A stretch of DNA of 64,000 nt, from positions 160,001 through 224,000 of the forward strand of contig JAXHMY010000009.1 in the NCBI GenBank assembly GCA_034520965.1, given 5' to 3'. Below the pieces are notes generated by a model. That model made no database searches and was not told the DNA's origin. It saw only the letters and a program-made list of their open reading frames with translations. The first letter of the stretch is position 1; every line of letters begins with the position of its first letter. Shown piece by piece: positions 10,009-21,358 of the stretch. The translations under genes were made by a program, and so were the position numbers. The stretch comes from Spirochaetia bacterium. GTDB taxonomy: Bacteria; Spirochaetota; Spirochaetia; DSM-16054; Sediminispirochaetaceae.

Positions 10009-11928
10009 ATGATTATCGTTCTGAAGCAGGGGATAAGCCCTCAGGAAAAACAGGAAACTCGTACTTTTTTAGAGCAGCACGGGTATAAGGTCCGTGAGAT
10101 CGTCGGCGAAGAGGATACCGTCCTCGGGGCAGTCGGACGAGTACAAATGGATGTGCGCGAGGTCGAACTGTTACCGGGGGTTGATCGGGTAATACCTATT
10201 TCAAAACCCTACAAACTGGCCTCCCGCGAGCTAAAAAAAGAAGATACTATTGTCAGTATCGGGCCGGTCAGAATCGGAAGGGGACGTATTGCGGTAATTA
10301 CCGGTCCATGTGCAGTAGAAAACCGCGAACAAATGATGGAATCCGCCGCTCACGCCTACGAGGCCGGAGCAGTTATGCTGCGCGGCGGTGCATTTAAGCC
10401 GCGGACCTCCCCCTACTCCTTTCAGGGGCTGGGAGAAGAGGGCTTAAAACTGCTGAAAGAGGCTGGTGAGGCCTACGGCATGCCCGTGGCAACAGAAATA
10501 ATTGGAACCGACTATGTGGAGATGTTTAATGAATATGTAGATGTCATCCAGATCGGTGCCCGCAATATGCAGAACTTTGAGCTGCTGAAGCGGGTAGGTG
10601 CGCTGGCGAAACCGGTTATTCTAAAACGGGGGCTGTCGGCGACTATCGAAGAGTGGCTGATGGCGGCTGAGTACCTTATGGCCCATGGAACCGATGATGT
10701 TATTCTCTGTGAACGCGGAATTAGGACTTTTGAAACCTATACTCGTAATACCCTCGATTTGTCGGCTATTCCAGTAATAAAAAAGCTGAGTCATCTGCCG
10801 ATTATCGTGGACCCGAGTCATGGAACCGGTATCCGGGAGAAAGTAGCTCCGATGGCCTTAGCGGCTGTGGCTGCCGGAGCCGATGGATTGATGGTAGAAA
10901 TGCATCCTCATCCGGACCAGGCGCTCTCCGATGGACCTCAGTCATTGTATCCCGAGCAGTTTGAACGGCTTATGCGTGATATCGAGGCAATTGCACCGGT
11001 GCTTGAAAAAGAGCTGGAGCGCATACCGGAGCGCAAGACAGCCCTTGGGATGGACTTTTCTTCGGAAACTCTTAGAGGTACTGAAAAGGATACGGCAACC
11101 GCCGGAAAAGTGGCTTTTCAGGGGGTGCGGGGAGCTTACAGTGAATCTGCGGTGGAGCGTTTTTTTGGTTCTGGATATACCGCAGAGCCCCGCGGCTCCT
11201 TTGCCGAGGTGTTTAAGTCGGTCCTTCAGGGCGAGGTTGCCTACGGAGCCGTACCAATAGAGAACTCCCTGGCTGGAACAGTGCATGAGGTGCTGGACCT
11301 TCTGTTGCAGTATAGGGATATTCGGGTAGTGGGCGAGCAGAAAATTCGGATTATTCACAGTCTCATTTCGGTGAAAGGTGCCTCAGTGGAAGGTCTGAAA
11401 AAGGTCTACAGCCATCCTCAGGGTTTAGCGCAGTGTTCCCGCTTTTTCGATGACCACCGGCAGATCGAACGCATCCCATTTTTTGATACAGCCGGGGCGG
11501 TTGCCCATGTTGCTCAAATGCAGGACCCTAGCCTGGGAGCAGTTGCCGGGCGCGAAGCTGCCAAAGTGTATAATATGGAAGTAATGAAAGAGGGGATAGA
11601 AAACAATCCGCGTAATTACACCCGCTTCTTCATCATTGCCCGAGAGGAGACAAGCACTACCCGAACGCCCAACCGGGCGGCTCTGGTTTTTTCTACCCAG
11701 GATAAACCGGGGGCCTTATTTCATGTGCTTCAGATACTGGCTGATTACGGCTTAAATATGAAGAAATTAGAATCGCGACCGATTCAGGGCAAGCCGTGGA
11801 ACTATATGTTTTTTGTGGCGGTGGAACTGCCCGATGACCAGAAAGTATTGAACACAGCCATAGAAAAGATGTCGGAATCGGCGGTGGATGTGCGCCTGCT
11901 GGGGCATTACCTTGTAAAGGGCGAGTAA
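10009..11928 (+). CDS. aroF/pheA: Fusion of DAHP synthase (type I-beta, with N-terminal regulatory domain), prephenate dehydratase and ACT
   Basis: GPCAVE, KPRTSPYSFQG, IGARNMQNF and DPSHGTG, then AFQGVRGAYSE, PIENS, SHPQGLAQC, NYTRF and ESRP. Confidence 0.93.
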   Translation: MIIVLKQGISPQEKQETRTFLEQHGYKVREIVGEEDTVLGAVGRVQMDVREVELLPGVDRVIPISKPYKLASRELKKEDTIVSIGPVRIGRGRIAVITGPCAVENREQMMESAAHAYEAGAVMLRGGAFKPRTSPYSFQGLGEEGLKLLKEAGEAYGMPVATEIIGTDYVEMFNEYVDVIQIGARNMQNFELLKRVGALAKPVILKRGLSATIEEWLMAAEYLMAHGTDDVILCERGIRTFETYTRNTLDLSAIPVIKKLSHLPIIVDPSHGTGIREKVAPMALAAVAAGADGLMVEMHPHPDQALSDGPQSLYPEQFERLMRDIEAIAPVLEKELERIPERKTALGMDFSSETLRGTEKDTATAGKVAFQGVRGAYSESAVERFFGSGYTAEPRGSFAEVFKSVLQGEVAYGAVPIENSLAGTVHEVLDLLLQYRDIRVVGEQKIRIIHSLISVKGASVEGLKKVYSHPQGLAQCSRFFDDHRQIERIPFFDTAGAVAHVAQMQDPSLGAVAGREAAKVYNMEVMKEGIENNPRNYTRFFIIAREETSTTRTPNRAALVFSTQDKPGALFHVLQILADYGLNMKKLESRPIQGKPWNYMFFVAVELPDDQKVLNTAIEKMSESAVDVRLLGHYLVKGE

Positions 11929-11946
11929 ACTTTCTCCGGCGTCTAT

Positions 11947-13362
11947 TTAGCCGGAGGGTTTTACCCCAAGCTTCTTCAGCTGTTCCTCTTCTTCTTTGCC
12001 GGATACATATTCATGCTTCTTTTGGTTGGCCTTTACCACTGCATTTTTAAGAGCGGTAATTTCCAATTTGATTCCCTTAATTAGAGTTCTTTGGGAACGT
12101 GAGGTTTCGCTTTTGAAGTAGGTGTCCAGTGCGGGAAGTTTAAGCAGGTAATTTTGAATATCTTCGATAGTGTTTGAGAGTAATTTAAACAGCCTGTCTT
12201 CGCTCGACTGTTCTAGTTTCTGATATGTAGGGCTTAGGCGGTTGCCCATTGCAGCAATTACTCTCGATTTTTTCAGGGCATCATCCACAAACTGGTCAAA
12301 ATTTACGCGCATGGTTTTCGGCATTGCCGTTTTCTGGTCGATGTACTCAATTTCATACACTCGCTGTTCACCCTGTTTTTGAACCATATTCAGTACCCAG
12401 CGACGGAACTTTTCGCTAAAAGTGATTTTTCGGTTCTCTATGACCGTGCTGTTGTATTTAAGTTTTTGTACGGCCTGTTCAAGGGGCGTGCTGCCGGATG
12501 CAAGAATCCGATACGCTTCAAGTAAGAGTGGTTTGAAAGATTTTTGCTGTTGGTTCTCGTCTTTTTTCTTTTCAACTTCCAGTTTTTTAAGGGTGTCTAT
12601 GCGGCGCTGTTCAGCTCCCGGCCCGCTTTGCTCATCAAGTACCTCCTCAATGAGCTCGGGATAATACGCAGTTCCGCTCATGTAGTGGTTAAATTTGGCT
12701 TTGACGGCCTTGATAACATCTCCACGACGATCTTCCAGCGCTTCAGGCTTTAAGTTCATTGCGTTGAACATCTGAAGACGAAAATCGTACTTATAACGTT
12801 CCCGCTGGTAGACCGTGATTTTCTTAAGTATCGCGAGAATTAGTTTTGATTTCTTTTCCAATTGGCGAATGCTGTCTTCCAGTATGGAGTTTGTTAGATC
12901 CTCCTGCCCCGGAGTTATTCTCTTTACTACCTCTGCTAAGACCTTGGTGTTAAGATTAGCACTGGTTTCTGTGAATGCATTCCACTTGATATAGGTAACT
13001 ATATCAACCAGCTGTTTCACATTGGGCAGGGATATATAATCAAGATTAAACTGGTAATAGTTATTGAGGAACTCCAAGATTGAATCGTATATCGACAGCC
13101 GCTGACTGATTACTTCTTTTTTTTCCGACTCTTTCATCGGTCCGGTAGGAGGAGTGGTAACCTCTGAAATTTTCAATTCATGCTTATAAGGGTCTTCTAC
13201 CAACAGTCCCTTGCGCAGAAGAATGTCGTACAAGGCCTGAAAGGACTGGTGGAAATAGCGGAACTGTTCTTTTAGTTGAGGAATTTCGTTTCTCTCTAAA
13301 GAGCTCCGGTAGTTTTGTAAGGCAGTCTCCAAAGACTGAAAATAATCGCTATTCTCTTCCAT
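11947..13362 (-). CDS. Conserved hypothetical helical protein (spirochaete-type)
   Basis: Long charged ORF. Start at ATG 13362 avoids overlap with the next gene. Confidence 0.75.
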   Translation of the reverse strand: MEENSDYFQSLETALQNYRSSLERNEIPQLKEQFRYFHQSFQALYDILLRKGLLVEDPYKHELKISEVTTPPTGPMKESEKKEVISQRLSIYDSILEFLNNYYQFNLDYISLPNVKQLVDIVTYIKWNAFTETSANLNTKVLAEVVKRITPGQEDLTNSILEDSIRQLEKKSKLILAILKKITVYQRERYKYDFRLQMFNAMNLKPEALEDRRGDVIKAVKAKFNHYMSGTAYYPELIEEVLDEQSGPGAEQRRIDTLKKLEVEKKKDENQQQKSFKPLLLEAYRILASGSTPLEQAVQKLKYNSTVIENRKITFSEKFRRWVLNMVQKQGEQRVYEIEYIDQKTAMPKTMRVNFDQFVDDALKKSRVIAAMGNRLSPTYQKLEQSSEDRLFKLLSNTIEDIQNYLLKLPALDTYFKSETSRSQRTLIKGIKLEITALKNAVVKANQKKHEYVSGKEEEEQLKKLGVKPSG

Positions 13363-13415
13363 TGTAGCTATATTATCATATAAACTGGAGATTGTAGCAA
13401 TACAGGAGAACCTTA

Positions 13416-13952
13416 ATGGGAGAAATACTAGCATTCACACCGGAAAAATTAATCATTGGTATTTTATGCAGTCATCCTGAGTGTGTAAGGGAAATTGAAA
13501 ATCCCCTTGCCGAGCAGTTTGGTCCCATAGATTACCGGAGCGAAGCGATTCCATTTACCTTTACCGATTATTATGAGCAGGAGATGGGGGCAGAGCTTAT
13601 CCGTTTTTTTGTCTCATTCGAGCAGCTTGTTGCTCCCGATCAGCTTTCAGACTTTAAGCTAAGGACGAATCGGCTGGAGAAGGAATTTCTGGTAGCGGGG
13701 AAGCGCAAGGTAAACTTAGATCCGGGACTGCTGTCGCTCGGTAAATTAATCCTGGCCTCCACAAAGGACAATGCCCAACGAATCCCCCTTGCCGATGGTA
13801 TTTTTGGGGAGATTACCTTGATATACCGCCGTAAAGGGTACAGCGCCCTGCCGTGGACTTATCGGGACTACCAATCAGAGGCTTACCATCGTATCCTGCT
13901 CCAGATTCGCAGCCGCTATAAACAGCAGCTGCAGGCTGCCGGGTATCTTTAG
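13416..13952 (+). CDS. DUF4416-like protein
   Basis: TDYYEQEMG, RKVNLDPG, LASTK and PWTYRDY motifs; AGGAG RBS. Confidence 0.85.
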   Translation: MGEILAFTPEKLIIGILCSHPECVREIENPLAEQFGPIDYRSEAIPFTFTDYYEQEMGAELIRFFVSFEQLVAPDQLSDFKLRTNRLEKEFLVAGKRKVNLDPGLLSLGKLILASTKDNAQRIPLADGIFGEITLIYRRKGYSALPWTYRDYQSEAYHRILLQIRSRYKQQLQAAGYL

Positions 13953-14056
13953 CTTTTTCAATTCAGGCACTTTCAAAAAACGAAGATTTTAAAATTCCAA
14001 GGCTTTTAGTTGAAGCAGAGTCTCTTCCCCTCCTGTAGTTATTACCAGGGGGAACC

Positions 14057-14893
14057 ATGCAAGGCGTAACAGGTTTCCGGGATAGAACCCGTTTGGCAGC
14101 GGCTGCACTGTGTATCCTCTGGTCTGTGTATATCAGCGGCTGCAGTGCAGTGTTCGACTTGTTGCCGAAGGTGAGGCTTCAGGTAAATATACCGAAATCA
14201 ACCTGGCAGGAGGCGGGCGTTCCGGTAGCCCACCGGGTGGTGTATCCGGATAGGTACGGAGATCTTCAGACACTTTTCCTGCCGGCGGGAGTTAATACAG
14301 CGGTAATTGAAGTGCAGCGTGGCTGCAATGTACCGGTATTGGCCTATCCTTTGGGGCGCTTAGCTCCGGCAGGGGGCTGTGTGTCCAGTCATATTCAGCT
14401 GGACCTGTTTGGCACCAATAATGTGTTACCCCTTAGGTATCGCTATGGTCCGGCGGCACAGCTGCTGCAGGATCTGTGGCAGCTGTCGGAACGCTGTCAA
14501 ACTGTTTGTGTAGAGGCGTTGGTCACAGAGCTGGTAAAGGAGGGGGATGGAGATCCATGGAACTGCGATTTTGACAGAGTAAAAGGGGCAATCGCCCGGG
14601 GCCGTCTGAACCGGCTGCATGTCCGCAGTATGAATACTACCTCCATTTCTATAGAACTTCCTGCTGAAGACTGGATTCCCGGAAATCTCTTTTTTCAGGG
14701 GGCTATTGAGGTCGACGTAGATGCTGACGGGGCGGGCCGGGGCGAAATGGTTCCTGTTCGCTTCAGTGGTCTGTATCCGGGGCGACACCTTTTTTTCTCT
14801 CCGACCAGCGGCTTAGAACTCCACATATATGTCGATAAAAAAGGAGGCTGCCGCTATGTCTGCGACAGCCTCGCCAATTTTGCCTCTTACTAA
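14057..14893 (+). CDS. Hypothetical lipoprotein
   Basis: Hydrophobic N-terminus with ISGC lipobox; GGGGA RBS. Confidence 0.65.
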   Translation: MQGVTGFRDRTRLAAAALCILWSVYISGCSAVFDLLPKVRLQVNIPKSTWQEAGVPVAHRVVYPDRYGDLQTLFLPAGVNTAVIEVQRGCNVPVLAYPLGRLAPAGGCVSSHIQLDLFGTNNVLPLRYRYGPAAQLLQDLWQLSERCQTVCVEALVTELVKEGDGDPWNCDFDRVKGAIARGRLNRLHVRSMNTTSISIELPAEDWIPGNLFFQGAIEVDVDADGAGRGEMVPVRFSGLYPGRHLFFSPTSGLELHIYVDKKGGCRYVCDSLANFASY

Positions 14894-14931
14894 TTATGGA
14901 TACTACTGGGTGTGGTTTTATTTTACCACTT

Positions 14932-17340
14932 TTATTTTACCACAATGTTTACCAGTTTATCCTTTACCGCAATCACCTTTACAACCTGTTTTCCACCGGT
15001 CCATTGGGCGATGCGTTCGTTCTCGACGGCAGTTTTCTTTAGTGTTTCCTCTTCGGTACCGGCGGGCAGGTTTACCTTTGCCCGGACTTTGCCGTTGACC
15101 TGCAGTACTACCGTCACCTCTTCTTCCTTGGTAAGCTCCTCGTCCCACTGGGGCCAGGGCGAATCGGAAATTGAGGGGGTGTTGCCAAGTTTAACCCACA
15201 TCTCTTCACCCAGATGGGGAGCATATGGGGAAATTAGCTGGACAAAGGGTTCCCACAGGGCTCGGTAAATCTGCTTTTCCTGAAAAATTTCGTTGATAAA
15301 AATCATCATCTGGGCAATGGCGGTGTTGAACTCAAGCCCCTCCGTATCCTCAGTTACCTTTTTGATAGTCTTATGCAGCAGCTGCAGATAGTGTTTAGGC
15401 GGCTGCTCATCAATCACAGGCCGGTCGGAAACCCGCCACACGCGGTCGAGAAAACGGTGCACTCCGGCCAGTCCCTTTGTAGACCAGGCTTTTGATACCT
15501 GCAGCGGCCCCATGAACATTTCGTACATGCGCATAGAATCGGCACCAAAATCACGGATAATATCATCGGGGTTAATGACGTTACCCAGGGATTTGGACAT
15601 TTTTACCCCGCCCTCGCCAAGGATCATTCCCTGGTTGACCAGCCGCTGGAAGGGCTCTTTTGTGTTCACGACCCCGATGTCATACAGCACCTTGTGCCAG
15701 AAGCGGGCGTAGAGCAGGTGCAGCACCGCATGTTCGGCCCCGCCGACGTATAAATCAACCGGCATCCAGTACTTGATTTTGTCAAGATCGGCCAGTTGAG
15801 TCTCGTTTTTCGGGTCGAGGTAGCGCAGATAGTACCAGCATGAGCCGGCCCACTGGGGCATAGTGTTGGTCTCCCGCTTTCCGGGGCCTCCACACTTCGG
15901 ACAGGTGGTATTTATCCACTCATCGATAGCTGCTAAGGGCGATTCGCCGGTGCCGGTGGGTGTGTATGAGTCTACCTCCGGCAGGGTAAGGGGCAGCTCC
16001 TCTTCGGGCAGCGGAACGGGGCCGCACTTTTCGCAGTGTACAATCGGGATCGGCTCGCCCCAATAGCGCTGGCGGCTGAAAATCCAGTCGCGCAGTTTGT
16101 AGTTTACCGCCCGCTTGCCGAGCCCTCTGGACTCGAGCCAGTTGATTATTTTTTCAATAGAATCTTCTTTATTTAAGCCGTCCAGGAACTCGGAGTTTAC
16201 ATGCAGACCGTCGCCGACATAGGCCTCGTTCTGCACATCTCCGCCTTGTAATACCTCGATAATCGGCAGACCAAACTTTTTAGCAAACTCCCAGTCACGC
16301 TGGTCGTGTCCCGGTACCGCCATAATGGCACCGGAACCGTAGGAAATTAGTACGTAATCCGCCACCCAAATGGGAATCTCTTTCCCGTTGACCGGATTGA
16401 TGGCATAGGTGCCGGTAAAGACACCGGTTTTATCCTTTGCCAGATCGGTCCGCTCAAGGTCGGACTTCTTCTGGGCCTCTTCCAGATAAGCCTGGACTTT
16501 GGCACGGTGATCGCCACTGGTCACATGCTCTACCAAGGGGTGTTCGGGGGAGAGTACCATATAGGTTGCCCCGAAGAGGGTGTCCGGGCGGGTAGTGTAT
16601 ACTTCAAACTCATCACTGCCGTCTGCCAGCTTAAACTTGACGTTCGCCCCTTCGGAGCGGCCGATCCAGTTACGCTGCATGGATTTGATGGATTCGGTCC
16701 AGTCCAGCAGTTCAAGATCTTCCAGCAGTCGGTCGGCATATTCGGTTATTTTCAGAATCCACTGGCGGATGCTCTTGCGGTTTACCTCAGCGCCGCAGCG
16801 ATCGCAGCGGCCATCCTTTACCTCTTCGTTGGCCAACCCGGTTTTACAGGAGGGGCACCAGTTAATCGGTGCTTCATCTTCGTAAGCGAGCCCTTGTTCA
16901 AAGAGTTTAAGAAAAATCCATTGGGTCCATCTGTAATATTCCGGTCGGTGAGTTGAGACTTGACGGTCCCAGTCGTAGCTAAAACCCAGAGTTTTGATCT
17001 GGTTAATAAATAAATTGATGTTTTCTTCAGTCGTTACCCGAGGCTGGGTACCGGTTTTGATGGCGTAGTTTTCCGCCGGCAGGCCGAAGGAATCGAAGCC
17101 CATCGGGTGGAGCACTTTATAGCCCCGCATACGCATAAAGCGGCTGTAAATGTCGGAGGCCGTATAGCCTTCGGGGTGGCCTACATGCAAGCCCTGACTT
17201 GATGGATAGGGAAACATATCTAGTACATACAGTCGTCTTTCTTCAGGAACAGAAGGGTCTTCGGTTACCTTAAACGTCTTCTGTTCATCCCAGTATTCCT
17301 GCCATTTCTTTTCGATCTCGTTAAATGGGTATTTGCTCAT
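14932..17340 (-). CDS. leuS: Leucyl-tRNA synthetase
   Basis: MFPYPS, HVGH (HIGH), [20 protein letters not shown] and KMSKS. Confidence 0.98.
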   Translation of the reverse strand: MSKYPFNEIEKKWQEYWDEQKTFKVTEDPSVPEERRLYVLDMFPYPSSQGLHVGHPEGYTASDIYSRFMRMRGYKVLHPMGFDSFGLPAENYAIKTGTQPRVTTEENINLFINQIKTLGFSYDWDRQVSTHRPEYYRWTQWIFLKLFEQGLAYEDEAPINWCPSCKTGLANEEVKDGRCDRCGAEVNRKSIRQWILKITEYADRLLEDLELLDWTESIKSMQRNWIGRSEGANVKFKLADGSDEFEVYTTRPDTLFGATYMVLSPEHPLVEHVTSGDHRAKVQAYLEEAQKKSDLERTDLAKDKTGVFTGTYAINPVNGKEIPIWVADYVLISYGSGAIMAVPGHDQRDWEFAKKFGLPIIEVLQGGDVQNEAYVGDGLHVNSEFLDGLNKEDSIEKIINWLESRGLGKRAVNYKLRDWIFSRQRYWGEPIPIVHCEKCGPVPLPEEELPLTLPEVDSYTPTGTGESPLAAIDEWINTTCPKCGGPGKRETNTMPQWAGSCWYYLRYLDPKNETQLADLDKIKYWMPVDLYVGGAEHAVLHLLYARFWHKVLYDIGVVNTKEPFQRLVNQGMILGEGGVKMSKSLGNVINPDDIIRDFGADSMRMYEMFMGPLQVSKAWSTKGLAGVHRFLDRVWRVSDRPVIDEQPPKHYLQLLHKTIKKVTEDTEGLEFNTAIAQMMIFINEIFQEKQIYRALWEPFVQLISPYAPHLGEEMWVKLGNTPSISDSPWPQWDEELTKEEEVTVVLQVNGKVRAKVNLPAGTEEETLKKTAVENERIAQWTGGKQVVKVIAVKDKLVNIVVK

Positions 17341-17402
17341 GGCCGAATGATATTCACTCACGCCGTTTGCGTCAACTGCTATGGCGTACTACTGCAGCGA
17401 TT

Positions 17403-18662
17403 CTATTGTGGTTCCCCGTCCAGGGTATGGGGGGTAAACAGAACCGTTTCTATGCGTTTACGGCGGAGGTTCTCAACGATGAAGGTTCCCTTAGGGGTCT
17501 CTATCTTCTGATTTTTAACCGGCATAGTGCCTATTTTTTCTATCAGCAGACCTCCGAGGGTCTGTACATACTTACTGTGGGTAAAGGTAATGTCAAAACG
17601 GTCTTCAATCTGGTGCAGTGAGGTATCACCGGTTATTCTATAATTGTTGTCCCCCAGGGGCGTTATTTTTTCCCAGCCCTGGATTTCATTCTCATCGTAC
17701 AGTTCGCCGAACAACTCCTCCGCCACATCCTCCAGCGTGACGATTCCCGCCAGGCCACCGTACTCGTCCATCACCACCGCTATGTTGAGTTTCTCTCTCT
17801 TAAAGAGAAAGAAAAGTTCGTTCACTTTTCGTGTTTCAGAGACAAATATCGGCTTAGTCATAATTTCACGAATCGTAATATCTCCGCGATCCTCTGCAAT
17901 TGCTCGCATCATATCCCGCACCAGCAGTATTCCGACAATATACTCCGGATTCTCATCGTCATCGTATACCGGTATGCGTGAGTAACCCTCTTTCGTTATT
18001 TCTGTGAGCACCTCTTTGATGGGGGTATCGGCCTCAAGGCTGAAGACATCGGTGCGATGGGTCATGATGGTCTGGACCTGGGTGTCGTTAAAACGGAATA
18101 CGCTTTTTACCATGCGGGTCTCGTAACTCTCGACTATGCCCTCGCGCTCGGCTAAATGAACCATGTGGAGAATTCCGTCGAGGGATGTATGGGCCTTTTT
18201 TGCAGGAGTAAAAGCGCGGGTGATAGCCGAGCTTACAAAGCCGATTAATTTAATAAAGGGAAAAAGTATAATCGAAAGCACAAGGATTGGGTAAGCCATC
18301 CGCAGGGCGAGTTTTTCACTGTGAATGATCGCCAGCTGCTTTGGAGTGACCTCCGCAAAGATAAGAATGATGAGGGTGAGAACTCCCGTCATTATTCCGA
18401 CCACCTGATTGCCGAATACTCTCACGGTGAATTGGGTAGCAACCGCCGATGCGGCAATATTTACCAGGTTATTTCCGATAAGAATGGTGGTAAGCAGGGT
18501 GTCGGGGCGGGAGCTGAGTTTTTCAACTAATTTACCCCCCTTTCCTTGGTGTTTTGTCAGCGACTGCACTTGGATAAACGAGAGCGAAGTGTAGGCGGTC
18601 TCGGTAGAAGAAAAAACGGCCGATAACACTATCAAGATAAAGATGGTAATTAACTCATACAT
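17403..18662 (-). CDS. CNNM/CorB-TlyC family membrane protein (DUF21-CBS-CorC)
   Basis: FSSTETA, ILIGNN, EVTPK, YSRIPVY and DEYGG. Confidence 0.92.
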   Translation of the reverse strand: MYELITIFILIVLSAVFSSTETAYTSLSFIQVQSLTKHQGKGGKLVEKLSSRPDTLLTTILIGNNLVNIAASAVATQFTVRVFGNQVVGIMTGVLTLIILIFAEVTPKQLAIIHSEKLALRMAYPILVLSIILFPFIKLIGFVSSAITRAFTPAKKAHTSLDGILHMVHLAEREGIVESYETRMVKSVFRFNDTQVQTIMTHRTDVFSLEADTPIKEVLTEITKEGYSRIPVYDDDENPEYIVGILLVRDMMRAIAEDRGDITIREIMTKPIFVSETRKVNELFFLFKREKLNIAVVMDEYGGLAGIVTLEDVAEELFGELYDENEIQGWEKITPLGDNNYRITGDTSLHQIEDRFDITFTHSKYVQTLGGLLIEKIGTMPVKNQKIETPKGTFIVENLRRKRIETVLFTPHTLDGEPQ

Positions 18663-18971
18663 CGCGTAACTCCCTCAGGCCTGAGGCGGACTTTGAGCCC
18701 CTCATTGAGGACTTCGAGGCTGTGCAGGACACACCTATATCTGTTTTGAAAACGGTGGAAGTAGGTTTAATTTTTGATGATAAAGGATCGTCGTCGTCCA
18801 TGATGTGCACTAAAAATATATACCTATTAAGCGAGAAGTGCAAGTGGCAAATTTCGAGGCAAAGGTACAGAGCAAAGGAACAGAGCAAATTCGTATTTGC
18901 CGTCGGGGCATAAATTTTGTATATTTTTTACCAGAACACACACATATTGCAGTATATACAAGGAGACATGC

Positions 18972-20846
18972 ATGGCCAAACACAAGTTCAAGACGGAAGT
19001 ATCTCAACTTCTGAATCTTATTATTCACAGTCTGTATTCACACAAAGAGATTTTTCTGCGCGAGCTTATTTCCAACGCATCAGATGCGCTGGATAAGCTG
19101 AAATACCGCACTCTGACCGATGACGAGTTTAAGCAGATGAATTTCGATCCCCGTATCGAGATTTTTTTTGATGAAGATGGACAGAAGACTCTCACCATAA
19201 AAGATAACGGTATCGGTATGAACAGCGACGATCTGGATGAACAGTTGGGTACCATTGCCCGTTCAGGGACCAAGAACTTCTTAAACCAGTTAACCGGCGA
19301 TTCTAAGCAGGATGCAAACCTGATAGGTCAGTTTGGAGTTGGTTTTTACTCGGTGTTTATGGTGGCCGATAAGGTTGAAGTACTTACCAGGCGGGCCGGA
19401 GAAGATACAGCCTGGCTGTGGACCAGTGCCGGTGAGGAAAACTACACCATCAAAGAGGCCGAGCGTCCGGAGAGTGGTACCACCGTGACCCTGCATCTGA
19501 ATGACGAAGGGTCGGAGTATGCCAACCGCTGGCAGATAGAACAGCTGGTAAAAAAGTACTCCGACCATATCGCCTTTCCTATCTTTCTTGAGTACGACCA
19601 GAAGAGTTACGAAGGGGAGGGTGAAGATAAAAAGGAGAAGTACGAGCACAAGCGCGAGCAGGTGAACCGAGCCTCCGCTCTCTGGAAGCGCCCCAAATCG
19701 GAGATTACCGAAGACGAGTATTACGAATTTTATAAAACTATTAGCCATGATAACGAAGACCCTATGCACTACCTTCACACCAAAGCTGAAGGAACCCTGC
19801 AGTACACCACCCTCTTCTTTATTCCGCAAAAAGCACCCTTTGATATGTACCAGGCCGATTATGAGGCGGGGGTAAAACTATATGTGAGCCGTGTGTTTAT
19901 TACCGATGATTCGAAAGAGCTGATGCCCACGTATCTGCGCTTTGTCCGCGGTATTATAGACTCGGATGACCTCCCCTTGAATGTGAGCCGTGAGATTCTG
20001 CAGCAGAACCGGATTATGAACCAGATTCGTTCCAGCTCAGTGAAGAAGCTGCTGGCGGAGTTCAAACAGTTATCTGAAAATAACCCCGAAAAGTACGGCA
20101 AGTTCATAGAACAGTATAACCGTCCCCTGAAAGAGGGCTTGTACAGCGATTTTACCAACCGTGAGACCCTGATGGAATTGGTGCGCTTTAAGTCGACCGA
20201 TGCGGAAGGTTTTACCAGCCTGGCCGAGTATAAGGAGCGGATGAATGAGGACCAGAAGGCGATCTATTATATAACCGGCGAAAAAGAAGAGACCCTGCGG
20301 AACTCTCCGCTGCTGGAGGCTTACAAGAAGAAGGGTATTGAAGTTCTGATTATGGACGACGACATCGACGAGATTGTGGTGCCTTCTATCGGGACCTACC
20401 AGGAAACCGAGCTAAAATCGGTAAACCGCAGCGGCTCGGCGGAGGAATTGAAAACCGATGAGGATGAGGCAAAAGGGAAAGAGCTCGAACCCCTGTTGAA
20501 GAAGATTAAAGATATCCTCGGCGACCGGGTAAAGGATGTAGTCTCTTCTAACCGCCTAAGCGACTCCCCCTCCTGTATTGTAGCCGACGAGAACGACCCC
20601 ACTATGCAGATGCAGCAGATGCTCAAGGCAATGGGGCAGCAGGATATCCCCGAGATGAAACCGATCCTCGAGGTAAATCCGGACCACTCAATAGTCAAGC
20701 GGCTGCAGAACTCTGATGATAAAGCCCTGCTGGAAGATGTAAGCTACCTGCTGCTGGAACAGGCTATGCTGGTGGAGGGAGCCGAGCTGAAAACACCGGC
20801 GGACTTCGTGAAGCGCCTTAACCGTATTTTGGAGAAGGCGGTATAA
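18972..20846 (+). CDS. htpG: Molecular chaperone HtpG (Hsp90)
   Basis: FLRELISNASDALDK, IGQFGVGFYS and LPLNVSREILQ; AAGGAG RBS. Confidence 0.98.
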   Translation: MAKHKFKTEVSQLLNLIIHSLYSHKEIFLRELISNASDALDKLKYRTLTDDEFKQMNFDPRIEIFFDEDGQKTLTIKDNGIGMNSDDLDEQLGTIARSGTKNFLNQLTGDSKQDANLIGQFGVGFYSVFMVADKVEVLTRRAGEDTAWLWTSAGEENYTIKEAERPESGTTVTLHLNDEGSEYANRWQIEQLVKKYSDHIAFPIFLEYDQKSYEGEGEDKKEKYEHKREQVNRASALWKRPKSEITEDEYYEFYKTISHDNEDPMHYLHTKAEGTLQYTTLFFIPQKAPFDMYQADYEAGVKLYVSRVFITDDSKELMPTYLRFVRGIIDSDDLPLNVSREILQQNRIMNQIRSSSVKKLLAEFKQLSENNPEKYGKFIEQYNRPLKEGLYSDFTNRETLMELVRFKSTDAEGFTSLAEYKERMNEDQKAIYYITGEKEETLRNSPLLEAYKKKGIEVLIMDDDIDEIVVPSIGTYQETELKSVNRSGSAEELKTDEDEAKGKELEPLLKKIKDILGDRVKDVVSSNRLSDSPSCIVADENDPTMQMQQMLKAMGQQDIPEMKPILEVNPDHSIVKRLQNSDDKALLEDVSYLLLEQAMLVEGAELKTPADFVKRLNRILEKAV

Positions 20847-20889
20847 GCCCCGTCAAGCTATTATATTAAAGCGCTAATGTTTTCCAATT

Positions 20890-20937
20890 AAAAAGCGGCC
20901 CGCTGCGCTGAAAGGTATGTGCGGCGCCGCTTTTTTT
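20890..20937 (+). terminator. Rho-independent terminator after htpG
   Basis: AAAAAGCGGC...GCCGCTTTTTTT. Confidence 0.7.
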
Positions 20938-20956
20938 GTTATACTAAATCCCATCT

Positions 20957-21331
20957 ATGAGATTACGCTTGAAGTTTTTTGATTATATTGCAATTATATT
21001 TTCTCTACTGGTTACGCTGTCTATTGCGGTATATGTGTATGCCGGAAGCAACGGCCCCCTGCGGGTAAGAGTTCAGACTGAAGAGGGGACCTTTATGTAT
21101 TCCCTGGAGCAAGACCGCCGAATTGCCGCTGAGGGTCCCCTTGGTACCACCTACATTGAGGTTCACGATGGTCATGCGGCTGTAGTAGAGTCGCCTTGTC
21201 CGAACAAGCTGTGTATACAAGTTGGTGAACTTCATGAGCATGGAGACTGGAGTGCCTGCATGCCCAATAAAGTTTTTGTGCAAATAGAGGGCGGCAGCAG
21301 CGAATCTGAAGTTGATGTTACTACATATTAA
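20957..21331 (+). CDS. NusG domain II-like (DUF1312) membrane-anchored protein
   Basis: N-terminal TM helix; GPLG, SPCPNKLC and ACMPNKV. Confidence 0.85.
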   Translation: MRLRLKFFDYIAIIFSLLVTLSIAVYVYAGSNGPLRVRVQTEEGTFMYSLEQDRRIAAEGPLGTTYIEVHDGHAAVVESPCPNKLCIQVGELHEHGDWSACMPNKVFVQIEGGSSESEVDVTTY

Positions 21332-21358
21332 ACCCCTTCAAAAAGGAGCTTAGTCCCC

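Noticed and set aside
17341..17402. T-box leader for leuS (also checked for aspS)
   Set aside because: The intergenic regions are too short and the promoters abut the start codons.
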